A stretch of DNA of 63,254 nucleotides, filler included, from Aduncisulcus paluster (Eukaryota): the NCBI GenBank assembly GCA_024181965.1. It is 4 parts of 4 records of this genome, joined end to end, with 100 filler letters (N's around TTAATTAATTAA, not from the genome) between each part and the next. Parts side by side here need not be neighbours in the genome. Positions count along the whole stretch, not along the records: positions 1 to 25,922 come from BQXS01012717.1; positions 26,023 to 32,157 come from BQXS01012718.1; positions 32,258 to 55,203 come from BQXS01012719.1; 1 more part is not named here. The stretch is one strand, 5' to 3'. The position numbers and the translations under genes are program-made. The notes under the pieces were generated by a model. The model saw only the letters and a list, made by a program, of their open reading frames with translations, did no database searches and was not told where the DNA came from. Below, in pieces: positions 25,344 to 37,605 of the stretch; the stretch's first letter is position 1, and every line of letters begins with the position of its first letter.

Positions 25344-25622
25344 GCATCAATTTGATGCTATACTATACTGACTCAGTATTACTGAGTATTGTTTACTCCA
25401 CATGAAGTTCATGTTGGAGTCCAACAGTTGGACTATCCAAGAGTATTCTTGGTTAGAATGGCTCATCCATACTCTCTCTTCTTCTTCTGAGAAGAATCTT
25501 CTCTAATATCTGAAATTCAGACTCTGAAAGAAACTTTGAGTGACGAAATTTTAGGAAGTTTGAAGAAGAATTTGTTACTCTGATGATATCAGATGTGATG
25601 ACAACCGGAATTCACCGGTTGT
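25344..25622. repeat. Array of overlapping short inverted repeats downstream of the GT2 gene
   Basis: gcatcaa-t-ttgatgc; atactga-c-tcagtat; actcagta-t-tactgagt; acatgaa-g-ttcatgt; agtccaac-a-gttggact; ttcttct-g-agaagaa; gagaaga-a-tcttctc; tctgaa-a-ttcaga; acaaccgg-N6-ccggttgt. Confidence 0.85.
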
Positions 25623-25922
25623 ACCTTTAATAGTTCATCTTTGGGTATGATATACTATTTCTTCATGATATGGGGCTTTGATATATGCTCGGGTGGAATC
25701 TTTGTCATCTAAAATAAATTTGACTTTTAGATTTCATAATCCACGATTTTGCAGCATATTCTATTTCAACTCGGCCTGGAAAGAGCAAAGATACCAGCGA
25801 CAACATCGGATGTTTCAAAAAAAGAAAAAAGCATCAAGGAGTCCGAATTCACGGATATATTTGTTTTGAAATGGTTCTATGAACGGTTAAAAACATTTCA
25901 GAACCCGAAAAAGATTCATCAA

Positions 25923-26022
25923 NNNNNNNNNNNNNNNNNNNNNNNNNNNNNNNNNNNNNNNNNNNNTTAATTAATTAANNNNNNNNNNNNNNNNNNNNNN
26001 NNNNNNNNNNNNNNNNNNNNNN
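25923..26022. other. Artificial contig-joining spacer
   Basis: N44-TTAATTAATTAA-N44, which places stops in all six frames. Confidence 0.97.
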
Positions 26023-29000
26023 CTATCACTCTTGGAACAACTCCAATTTGTATCATGGGATGGATAGGGACTCTGTCGGGGTGAGGATGATATTGGGGAA
26101 GTGGAATCAGAAGAAAATGTTGGAATTGTCAACAAAGCTGGCCCATCAACGTTATATGTTATTTGATTGTGTTGATCTCTAACACAATGGTCTGAAATTG
26201 TCGGAACAGTACATTCTTTCATGGCATCGTCAAGGGCTTTCTCTCCATCTAGAGAGGCCTTGGGTGTAATTGATTGAGCAGCTGGACAAAGAGAAAAGGT
26301 CTTAGTTGTCTTGTTTTGATTTGAATCATACAAAGATAAACGTAGTTTCTTCGAAATTGATTCATTATATACACAACAGAAGATACCCGATAAAATAGGG
26401 GCTCTCTTTCTTTCTTTTCGTCCAGTATGTCTTCCCTCTTCTTCTTCTTCTTCTTCTTCTTCTTCTTCTTCTTCTTCTTCTTCTTCTTCTTCCTTTTCTT
26501 GTGGATTACTTGAGAAAGGGATTTCCACTGGATTACTTGAGAAAGGGATGCATAATGTGTGGAAAACGGGGAAATTGGGATCATCAGGAACATGATGAAT
26601 GGAGCTCACCGTTAACATATTTTTCAATCGGTCGTTCAGTGGTTGCCCAGTGACACATTCAAGACTATCTGCAGAATAGTGTTGAGATGTCTGCCCCGAT
26701 GAAACGTGAGATGAACTTATGCTGGCAACATTACCGTGGCTTCTTTTTGGAGCTGTGGAAAGTCGTAACGATTTCACTGAGTAGCAAGCTCTTCTCAAAT
26801 CAATGAGATCATTCTTAATGGATTCCTTATATTTCTCTTTAACAAAGGATATCAAGCTTGGACTATCATAGGGATTTAGATCTTCGGAAAGGGGGAAACA
26901 ATCTATTTTATCACTTTCTTCCTCCTCTTCTTTGCTATAACAATATTCCTCATGATACATTTTTTCCTCTTCTTCTCTTATTTCTGCTTCTTCTTCTTTG
27001 CAAAGGGAATCAAGACTGATGATTGGATTAGAACCATCCACAAGTAAACGACTTGAATCAGTATTTCGATTCCTTTTTGACAGCATATATAATTCTTCAA
27101 GTTCATGTTTGGGAATCTTTCGGGGTTCAATCTTCATTTGGTAGTTCATGCAGTACTCTGTCTGGAATTTCAGTTTGCTGTCAGCAATCAATTCACCAGG
27201 TGTTTGGCATTGAATGCCCAAATGCTGTGTGAATGTAAAATCCCGCTTAAAAAATTTTCCCAAAAGACCCTTAAGAATGCTTATTTTATCTTCTAATATT
27301 TTAAGTTCCATGCGTTTTTCAGGTTCAACTTGAATGAGATTTTCGACGACTTCATTCATAATTGCACCAATTTCTCTGATGGATTTTCGTTCTGGTTCAT
27401 GATCCAGGAACTTTGGGTTAAATATAGGGAAATCAACAGAGAATTTTGGAAGGCATTTGTTATTTATGAGCTCCAATAAAACGCCCTTGAATTTGCTACA
27501 AGTTGCACATTGAAGGTCTTTGTGTCCAGAGAAAGGAATGATGCCCGTGAGGAAGAAAAAACAGATCATTCCAAGAGAATAGAGACAACTTTTGCGAGAA
27601 TCACCAGGTACATATCCATTGCGGAGATATTCTGGAGAAAAACAGATAGTTTCCCAAATAACATCATGATCCACATCTCTTTGTCTCGATTCGTTGAATA
27701 TTGATTCTTCATCTTCATCCTTCAGGTACTCTTCTTCTTCTTCTCTCTGCTCTTCTCTGCCGCTTCGCTCAAATCCATCTTTAAAAACAGATTTTTTCGC
27801 GGTCATTCGTTTGTTCAATTCTTTCATTGAAAAAAAATCAAAAACAACTCGACCAGATTTAAGCAACTTGAAGTTTTGTGGACAAAGCGTTTGAATGGCA
27901 ATATGTGGAAATTGAATGAATATTTCCAAAACCAAAGAGATTATTTGCACACAAAACACAATAAAATACAGGGCAGATCTTGTGCATTTTTTTCAAATGC
28001 AAGTTTTTCTTCCTTATTGTATTTTAGTTTTGCTTTCGCATGATGTGGAAATTGATGTGGAGTTGAGCTTTGTTGAGTTATCATGACATCTGAAGTCTCA
28101 CATGAACCTTGCATTGTTTGCAAAGATATTGAAGAAGTTCCGAGTAGAAGTTTTGGTGGAGGATATTGATATTTAACGATATTCTCGCAGCTTCCATATG
28201 GACATATTTCAAAGCAGACGCCAAATAATGGAGGGGAANNNNNNNNNNNNNNNNNNNNTTCCAAAACCAAAGAGATTATTTGCACACAAAACACAATAAA
28301 ATACAGGGCAGATCTTGTGCATTTTTTTTCAAATGCAAGTTTTTCTTCCTTATTGTTTTTTAGTTTTGCTTTCGCATGATGTGGAAATTGATGTGGAGTT
28401 GAGCTTTGTTGAGTTATCATGACATCTGAAGTCTCACATGAACCTTGCATTGTTTGCAAAGATATTGAAGAAGTTCCGAGTAGAAGTTTTGGTGGAGGAT
28501 ATTGATATTTAACGATATTCTCGCAGCTTCCATATGGACATATTTCAAAGCAGACGCCAAATAATGGAGGGGAAGAAGGGATATCAACGAGAAACGCCGG
28601 CATATAAACACGATCGAAAATATCTCTAAGATTTGTCGATCTGCTTTGAGTATGTACTTGTCTAGAACACTCAGCTTCCTCTCTTTCTTCCTCTTTTTCT
28701 TCTCCTTCTTCTTCTCTTCCGCTCGGAGAGAAAACCTCTTGTATCATGGCTAACATCTCGGATTTGCATGTCTTTATATCTTTTTCTGTTAAAATTCGAC
28801 CGGATTTGTACCTCCTAAACAAGAATATATCCGCGGTAAAATCTTTTCGCTGAAGAAAATATACCTCAGAAAACGGTTCATGACAACATGGAATAAGGGA
28901 AAGGAGCTGTGAGGAATCTCTTAAAGTACTGCGAAGAAGCCCATTCAGAGTATCGGCTTGAGTATCGGCTTGAGTCTCGGCCTGGATATCAACTACTTGC

Positions 29001-30547
29001 GTACCGTGGACACTCAAATCTCCAACTCCAACCTTGAGTACATCCGTATTGTGTGACTTGTTTGGATTCATCTTCTCTGACGCATGATGGGTCAAAGAAA
29101 TTGCAGTCTTTGAATCAATGGGTTTAGATATTCGCTCACTCTCATTAGATAATACCTTTGGGTGTAGCATCTTCCTCAGATCTTTACAAATTCTCAAATC
29201 TTTTATGAGGCCAGATTCATAAATAGCTCTCAATTGTTTGCAATTTTTCCCATCAAAACTTTTAAGTTTGAGCGTTGAAGGCTTAGATGGAATGAAACTT
29301 TCTTCTTCATAATGAATACCATGCCCGAGTTTTGGAAGATGTTTCTTGATATCTTTCAATTTATCAAGGATTTTAGAAAGAAAAGCTTCCATAGAAGATT
29401 TGGAAGTGTCGATTTTTGAAGAAAGTAACGAAAATACCTCTGATAGGCAATTATACACGTCCACATTAAACTTCTGGAGGCTTTTAAAAAGAGGAATATG
29501 AATGATATGATGAGGAATCTTCGGTAATCCTCTATCTTTCTCCTCCTCCTTTTCTTCTTCTTCCACATCTTTTTTTGCTCTTTCTTTATGGGCACAAGAT
29601 CCACAATGGAGTGTATGGGATATGGCGACTTTTTGATGGATGATGCATTCCACAGAATCTGAAACAGCTGAAGAGGAGAAGAGGGGATAAGACCACAGAG
29701 ACAACAGAGAAATGGCCAAGGAAATTAAACCGGGAAAATGATGAGAATCGCGTATTTCCTCGTGATTCTTTAAGTTCTTTAAGTTTAATGGATTTTTTGG
29801 ATCTTGCCCAAGTTTCTCGAGGAATTTCTCACGATATTCCTGGGCTGACTCAAAATTACAGCCAGACACATCACTTGGTGTGGAACATGTGCATTTTGGT
29901 ACCTCATTTTGGATTGGAGAGGATTTTGGCGTTAAACTACCAAAAGAAGACCCAAGAGAACACTCCGACGACACAGAATATGACGTTGATATCGAATCTG
30001 GCTCAATTGACTGTAGAGAAGCAGCTAAATCAGAAATAACAGTTGTGATCTCGTTTTTCTCCGAAATTCTGATAAAATATGAGTCTAGAAATAACCTCAT
30101 GTCAAGTAAATCGGGCCTTTCCTTAGCAGCTATGCAAAAGCACTCTATCATCGCCACTGAGATTGCTGCATGCTTCAGGGATAATTGATCAGATGTACGA
30201 CACTTGATCCAACGCTGGAGATATTCCATAATCGTTCCACCTTGGCAGTATTCAAAAAGGATAGCCCCAATTATTCGGGAAGGAGTATATAGGTATTCTA
30301 GGGGCTTGAGAATACGATGTGACTCAGTACCATGGTGGATCTTTCGTTGATGTAAGAGTTTAGTCACCTTTTCTCTCTGGTGTTTAGGAAGAATAACTAG
30401 GACACCAATTTGAGAATACAGGTTCGACAGAACTGTATAGAATTCAACGGAATTATTGGGGCACCTGTTATTGATTGGGAAGAGAAGTTGAGGAAAACGC
30501 CGTGGAAGGGGATTAATATAGCTTTTGACGGGTTGTATTTTCGACAT
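26023..30547 (-). CDS. Large protein with two degenerate protein-kinase-like domains (tandem pseudokinase), 3'-truncated by the contig end
   Basis: AILFEYCQGGTI and GVCFEICPYGSC (subdomain V); ETICFSPEY (APE-like); SCLYSLGMI..LTGIIPF (IX); LIQVEPEKR (XI). No HRD or DFG motif. ORFs 27941-30547 and 25971-27959 join once the duplicate around gap 28239-28258 is removed. Confidence 0.7.
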
Positions 30548-31491
30548 AAGTTGATAGTTTTGTTATGATATCTTGAAATTGTTGCCAAAATGATGTTAAT
30601 TGATGGCACAAGATTGTTGGAGATTCTTATGTCTTAAATAGTTGATAATTACAATTCTACAGGGAAAGAAAAAGGTTAATTTCGAGATTTTAAAATTAAA
30701 TTATCAACTTGGTGACAAATATATGTCTTACAAACCGGGACAAAACAGTCCATCATGGTCTGATGAACAGAGGAATATCTGAGGGAAATATTCTTAAAGG
30801 TTATTTTTATGGATGAAAATTGATTACAATTGAATTTAATATTTTTATATCCATTCTTTATGGAATTTAAGATTATAATGGCACAAAAAAGGTGTTGAAA
30901 AGGTTTCGAAATTCGAATTAAAGTAAAATACACAATCCCTGATAATATCTATATAATATTCTAGTAAATATTACATTATAATTCTTATTTTATAAGTGAT
31001 TTTTGCTAAACTATTATCAAATGGGACCAGAGAGCAAAATTAAACATTTCGCTCTTTAAATATAGAGAATATCATGCCTTTTTTTGTTATTTTAACTAAT
31101 AATTTGTTTACGTCTTTTATTTTATTGTTTGATTTAGGATTGAGCTCCTTTGATAATTTTGTGTTTCTGTTCCCGTTCGAAAAGAAAAAATTATATCTTT
31201 AAAAGTATATCGTTCTAAAACGTTCCTTAGATGCAATATACAGTTATATAAATTCTTTCAATTGGTGTTCTAAGAGTATATCACGATTTTTTTATTGGAA
31301 CAGATATTGGGCAGTATTCTCGGATAGAAACTGTGTTTTCCAAAAGTAGTAGAATGTTTTCTCATTGAAATATGCTCTATTTAGGTCGGTATTGGTTGTT
31401 GGAGTATGCTAGACGTTCCAAACTGAAGTCAATCTAATGGAGATATCTAAGACCAAGATCTGTGAAATATCATGTATTATGTGATAAATAG

Positions 31492-32157
31492 TTCACATAT
31501 TGTACCAGATTTAGAGAATTATACATTAGGAAGAACATGATCTGATATTCGTGAGGTTATGTGGCTCAAACAACTTCCCATCACGACTCTTTGGCTTTCA
31601 GACAACCCGTGTGCTGAGGTTGAGGAATATCGTGCGTACGTAATTAAATCTTTGCCCCAATTGAAGGTTCTTGATGATAAAGTAATCACTGAAGAAGAAA
31701 AAGCCGTTATCGCAAGAACGGACATATCTACACCGTTTCAACTGCCTCCCGCAGCCCCCACGTTATCTCCTTCCGCCGTTGCCTCAAAGGTTCTGGACAA
31801 AAGGGAACGTGAAGTTGCTGCCGTCGGCCAACTTTCTCAGGATTCTAAATATGAAGAAATGGAGAGGCAGAAAGAAATGGAAAGAAAGTTGCGCGAAAGA
31901 GAGGTTCGTGAACGTGAAATTAGAAGAGTCGAGAGGGAGAGGGCAGCGATGCAAGCACAGAAAGATCGTGATGAAGAGGAGAAATACCAGCTCTGGAAAA
32001 GGGAACAAGAACTCAAAGAAATGCAGAAGAAAAGAGAAGAATTGGACAGACTTGAGAAAGAAGCTGAGCTTAGAAGTCACCAACAGAAGAGTTCCGAGCG
32101 AAAACAATATGCTTCCAGTTTTGCAGTCACACCAACCCCACCAAGAAGATCTGGTTG
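31492..32157 (+). CDS. CFAP410: CFAP410/C21orf2-like LRR plus LRR-cap ciliary protein (partial, frameshift near 31540)
   Basis: CTRFRELYIRKNM/(I)SDIREVMWLKQLPITTLWLSDNPCAEVEEYRAYVIKSLPQLKVLDDKVITEEE resembles the CFAP410 LRR region; a charged coiled coil follows. No N-terminal exon found; contig ends at 32157. Confidence 0.6.
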
Positions 32158-32257
32158 NNNNNNNNNNNNNNNNNNNNNNNNNNNNNNNNNNNNNNNNNNN
32201 NTTAATTAATTAANNNNNNNNNNNNNNNNNNNNNNNNNNNNNNNNNNNNNNNNNNNN
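32158..32257. other. Artificial contig-joining spacer
   Basis: N44-TTAATTAATTAA-N44. Confidence 0.97.
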
Positions 32258-33027
32258 TAAATAATCGCCATTTCAATACATCTAATATAACTAACTCACA
32301 TTCGTGAAGATATCGAGCCGATGGGAATCCCAACGAACGAGAAAATACTGAAATATCGACAGATCTATCGGAATAAAGTTTAAAAACAATAAAGGCTATC
32401 GAGGCAACAATCGTAGAGCATGAATTTGAAAGAGAAATCCGAGTTTCACCGCAATACATTGATATTTCAGCCGGGGTCATTTTTTCAGAAGGAGAAACAA
32501 GTTTCTCATAACCCTGAGATATAGAAACAAAAAAGAGATCAATTAAGGCAGCACAATGTGCAAATTCAACAGAGGAGAAGTGGAATTTCCGATTTAAGAT
32601 CGAAATGATCGAAAAAAGGGATTGAGAAATGATATACCTGAAGAAACAATATTTGGGTGAAAAAATGGGTGTGTAGGAGGCATACTTTTCCGTATTTAGA
32701 AATAAATCATGTATTTTCGTTCCAAAATTTTTTAGAAAGCGCCGAGGTGTTGAAAGTTTTGGAGAAGATTCCTTTGGACTTGAGGTCGAATATCGATCAG
32801 AAATATCAACAAAAGGATCTGAAGCATCTTCTCTCATATGCAATGATAATGAAAGATTGCTTATCATTCGGCAAAACCGACATTTTGGCCTCGACATTCG
32901 AATTATGACGAAACCTTCGGTTAATTCTTGATAAATTTAACAAAAACAAACTGGAAAATATTTTATTTCTGATTATCTCTCCATATCTATCACTGATACG
33001 ATGCAACGCAAATGTCAGAGAATCCAT
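32258..33027 (-). CDS. PHO80/PCL-type (cyclin P/U) cyclin; two exons, 33027-32952 and 32914-contig end
   Basis: Cyclin box: VEFAHCAALID...VASIAFIVFKLYSDRSVDISVFSRSLGF...LHECELVILDVLKWRL. Removing a 37-nt intron puts ATG 33027 in frame (…KIFSS/FVIIRMSRPKC). Confidence 0.75.
32915..32951 (-). other. 37-nt spliceosomal intron
   Basis: GTTTGT...TTAACCGAAG; its removal joins two ORFs in frame. Confidence 0.65.
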
Positions 33028-33105
33028 CAGTCATAGTGGGCAATCATTTTTTTTCGTTTTGCCTCAGATCACAGAATAGGCATCCGAATAGCATCTAAAA
33101 CACAC

Positions 33106-34229
33106 ATGGGAAGAGCAAAAATATGTTTATCTCTTGAGCAAGTATGTATTTTATTTTTTGTTTGTGGTCTACATTTTAAGGCGACCCCCACTTTGAAGCT
33201 GGAGAATTTTTCGCCAATATTCAAGGATAATTTTTATTCATTTGTTTGAACATATATTTTATTGATTTATATTCTTTTTTATTGTAGATATCTCCATTTT
33301 TCCAGTTTCCGATCAGTGAGGCTGCTAAGGCCTTAAAACTGAGCAAAACGACATTAAAACAGCGTTGTAGAGAATTGGGAATTGATCAGTGGCCGTTTAA
33401 AAGAGATTATTCTCAGAAGAAGAAAAAGACTGTTCCGCACTCCCTTGTGGCTGCTATTTCTTCGACAATTTCATCAGTCCGCAAGGAATCCATTAAAAAA
33501 CACATTTCAACTCCTGTCCTTCCTGGCAAGCAAAGATACTCTTCTCGATCTGAACAAATGGATCCATTTAGTTGGCGAGATGACTTCTCCTCTCCATCTC
33601 CTCCTTCTATTACTCCCTCTTCCCCCTGCCATTCTATTACATTCCAGCAAAGTTCCCCTGAGTCATCTTACTCTCCTCCCCCCAACCTTCCATATCCCAT
33701 GGCTGTCCCTCTCCCCATTCCTTCTGGATATGATAGTGTCTGTGTGCATGTGACCTATTCATNNNNNNNNNNNNNNNNNNNNGTCCTTCCTGGCAAGCAA
33801 AGATACTCTTCTCGATCTGAACAAATGGATCCATTTAGTTGGCGAGATGACTTCTCCTCTCCATCTCCTCCTTCTATTACTCCCTCTTCCCCCTGCCATT
33901 CTATTACATTCCAGCAAAGTTCCCCTGAGTCATCTTACTCTCCTCCCCCCAACCTTCCATATCCCATGGCTGTCCCTCTCCCCATTCCTTCTGGATATGA
34001 TAGTGTCTGTGTGCATGTGACCTATTCATCCTCTTCAGGTGCATTTCCAGCGAGGACAACAACCATTCCTTCATCTTTTTGGCCATCGGTATTCTCTCAT
34101 TCATCATTATCTTGCAAACATCATGCATCCGTCTCTTCACACACCAATATCGTCTCAGAACTCCTCACTGACGCTGTAAATGCTCTACATTCACTCAAAT
34201 CTGATACAATTTCTGTGCCCAATGAGTGA
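33106..34229 (+). CDS. RWP-RK domain transcription factor; exons 33106-33141 and 33288-34229 (internal artefactual duplicate at gap 33763-33782)
   Basis: Spliced N-terminus MGRAKICLSLEQ/ISPFFQFPISEAAKALKLSKTTLKQRCRELGIDQWPFKR fits the RWP-RK consensus; Ser/Pro-rich C-terminus. Confidence 0.88.
33142..33287 (+). other. 146-nt spliceosomal intron
   Basis: GTATGT...TTTTTTATTGTAG, phase 0; removal restores the RWP-RK domain. Confidence 0.85.
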
Positions 34230-35591
34230 AAAACATGCTCGTAACATTCAAAAATGTTTTCTAATTATATATATCATTGGAATTCCATTTTTTGTTATGA
34301 CTGTAACGTTAATTAATGTTATAACGCATTTTATAGAATTAATGAATTATCATTTTCACTTTTCCTCCGGATGGTATTATGTATTTTTGTACCAGTTTGT
34401 ACAAGAATTTTTATTATTATTTATATATTATTATACATGAAATATCTTTCTTTTATGAGATATAACATACAATCCAATTAATTCGTGGTGATATAAGCCG
34501 ATTTCTTGAGATTTCTTTGAAAATTTTCGCGTTTTGTTTTGATCAAACAGAATCACTCCAAGTTCCTTTATATTGCCCGTTTCCTTTGATTTTTATTTTT
34601 ATTATACCTTTCTTTTTTCTTTTATTTCATATAATTATTATGATACTATTTAATTCTCGCTCTTTTTATCCTCTTTTTTCTGTATCTCTATTATTCATAA
34701 CGACTTTTGCCTTATCATGATTTCTTCATGTATTATGTTACGGTAAAATGTGTATAACGGGAAAGATTTGGAATCAATTTCCGACTATTTTCTCTCTTTT
34801 TTTTTTTTTATGTTCGATGTTTTTTGGTTCTAGGGTATTACGATCATTAATATAATGATTGAGCACATCCTGAACCGCGTTTTAGGCATTTTTTGTTCCC
34901 TTTTATATTCTCTTATTGAATATGAAGAATAAACTCATTTCTTTGCTAACTTCGTTATTTGATCATTCCGTCACAAAATTTACTGAGCTCGGAAAAAAAT
35001 TCCATCATTTTACATTACTTAATAAAGAATTCCCGATATTATTTGATTACTTATTTTTCCACGAAGTTCAACCAAAATATACGCTTTTTTGGATAACAAC
35101 AAAAAGCCAACCTCAATTTTCTTCACTAAATTTCGTTATTTACCTTTTTTTATTGAGTTCACGCTCATTTATTAACGAAATAGATCAATTTTCATGCAAT
35201 CATCATTTTTTTTAATCTTTGGGGTAATCCTTCATTTTTTCACTGCTATTTTATGGTTTATTAGATCAAGTGTTGAAAAAGCTACCATTCGTGCAATGTT
35301 CTANNNNNNNNNNNNNNNNNNNNAGAATAAACTCATTTCTTTGCTAACTTCGTTATTTGATCATTCCGTCACAAAATTTACTGAGCTCGGAAAAAAATTC
35401 CATCATTTTACATTACTTAATAAAGAATTCCCGATATTATTTGATTACTTATTTTTCCACGAAGTTCAACCAAAATATACGCTTTTTTGGATAACAACAA
35501 AAAGCCAACCTCAATTTTCTTCACTAAATTTCGTTATTTACCTTTTTTTATTGAGTTCACGCTCATTTATTAACGAAATAGATCAATTTTC

Positions 35592-36845
35592 ATGCAATCA
35601 TCATTTTTTTTAATCTTTGGGGTAATCCTTCATTTTTTCACTGCTATTTTATGGTTTATTAGATCAAGTGTTGAAAAAGCTACCATTCGTGCAATGTTCT
35701 ATCTTCTGCTCATTCTTATTGTTGTTGACACCCTCTATATCCTTGTTTTTTCGGTATCGTGGAATTGTTTCCCCAATTCATGTTCTAATTTCACTATTTC
35801 TATGCTTTTATCCCTCAATTCCGGATCTGCAACTTCTCACTGTCTTATTTGCTTGAAAATCGCGGTCTTTGACAAATCTCTCGTTAAACGAATCATTCCA
35901 TCCAATCTTATTGTCGAAGATCTCGAATCCCCTAGTTATTATGTTAATGACAGTAACTTTGAAAGCTTTTCTTTCGTAGTTCTCAATTTATCTGTCCTGA
36001 TTTCAATTTTTTTTACTTATTTCTCCAGTATTTTTGACTTTTCTGTTGCTAAACAATATAATGTCAGATTTGGAGATTTTATTGTACTGATGTTTAACAT
36101 TTTCTCGATATGTATCCAAATTGGGTCAGCAATATCCCTTTCTCGAGTTGAATGGCGGAATTTTATGCGAAAAGATCATATCATCGCTCCTAAGCTTCAT
36201 CCTCAGGAAGATTTATCAGCCTTTTATGAGAATCCCCAAGAAGAATTATCCAATTTTGATGATATTGAGTCAAATACCCATGAAATGTCCATTCAGAAAC
36301 CCATTTCGTTCTATTTAGAAGTTCCAAAACTTGATATTGCCATGGTCAAAGGTTCTTCTGATGATAATAATCCTTATTCTCGAACAACAAACGCACACCG
36401 CAAGGATTATTCCATCTCGGAAAGAACGATAAGCACGACTGTTTCTCCTTTTCATCAACCAGCAATATCCCCCAAAAAATCATCCCTTCCGAAGAATACT
36501 GCCTTCCAACTACAATTATCGCATTCATCCACATCAAAACGGTGGAGGCTCATGATATACAGTCTATATCCACTGTTTATGATTGTTGTGGCAATTGTCT
36601 CCTTTATTCCGGCAATCTTATCAATTCTGATTAATCAATTTCTTATCTGGCCTGATCTTAGAATTGATTCTGAGGGGAACCCTACGACTTTTATGGCTAT
36701 AATCCAGTTCTTAATCTATATTAGACTTCCTTTACACCTTGTTTTGATTGAATTTCCGGCATTGTCGTGCTTTGCAGAAGCCCGTAGAAAACATGGGGGA
36801 TTTTTTGCAGAGGAGCAATTATCGTTAAGTTCTCCCAGAGCTTAA
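35592..36845 (+). CDS. Seven-transmembrane (GPCR-like topology) protein
   Basis: Seven hydrophobic segments, a long hydrophilic loop between TM5 and TM6, and Cys residues before TM3. The 5' region is duplicated around gap 35304-35323, and an upstream exon is possible. Confidence 0.6.
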   Translation: MQSSFFLIFGVILHFFTAILWFIRSSVEKATIRAMFYLLLILIVVDTLYILVFSVSWNCFPNSCSNFTISMLLSLNSGSATSHCLICLKIAVFDKSLVKRIIPSNLIVEDLESPSYYVNDSNFESFSFVVLNLSVLISIFFTYFSSIFDFSVAKQYNVRFGDFIVLMFNIFSICIQIGSAISLSRVEWRNFMRKDHIIAPKLHPQEDLSAFYENPQEELSNFDDIESNTHEMSIQKPISFYLEVPKLDIAMVKGSSDDNNPYSRTTNAHRKDYSISERTISTTVSPFHQPAISPKKSSLPKNTAFQLQLSHSSTSKRWRLMIYSLYPLFMIVVAIVSFIPAILSILINQFLIWPDLRIDSEGNPTTFMAIIQFLIYIRLPLHLVLIEFPALSCFAEARRKHGGFFAEEQLSLSSPRA

Positions 36846-37605
36846 TTAGATGTTATATCATTTTTCAAATTAATTATTATTATTTACTGTGATGTAATTT
36901 TTTGTTGTTTCCTTTATTTCTCTGAGTATCTTTGAGAGTCTCGAATCATTTTTTTTTCATTTTTATTCAAATCTCCGTATATATATATATATATTCTATT
37001 CATTCTGTTTTATTTTTTATTTTTTCCGGCATTGTTGCCCAAGTAACGTGTCTAATTCATTATAATTCATTATATTATCATGCATTTCAACATTCAATGA
37101 CAGCAGTTATTTTTGTTGATTCTCGGATTTTATTCTTAGTTCTATGGAATTATGCTGTAATTCTATGGAATTATTGCGATTATGTTCACTTCAAATCATA
37201 CTTTTTTTCAAATTTTCATTTCTCATAGATTCATTCTGATTTGAATTTTAAATATTTCTTTGAGAATTTTTGTATTCTTTTCTTCAATACTATGAATATT
37301 TTTTATATTAACCCCTTCTATAGCTCATCTGATGGAAAGAATGAATGTCGATTCTACATCACAACAATACCTGAGTTCTTATTAATAAAGTTTAGATTAT
37401 TAATTTATTTTGTTATTATTTATTATTGTTTTATTATTTTTCAAACTGAAGCTCATAATTATTAGCTTTCACCACTTGGGGAGGAACCCGAAAAGGATTC
37501 CACCTGAAATTCCCGATTTGCTTGTTATTAACAAACAAAAACACCAAAATAATATTAATTTTATCCATTTATTATAATATATTTTATCATTGTTAGATTA
37601 TTCTC

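Noticed and set aside
34230..37600. Short Phe/Ile/Tyr-rich ORFs (34180, 34517, 36932, 37241)
   Set aside because: Expected by chance in T-rich intergenic DNA; no coding signature.
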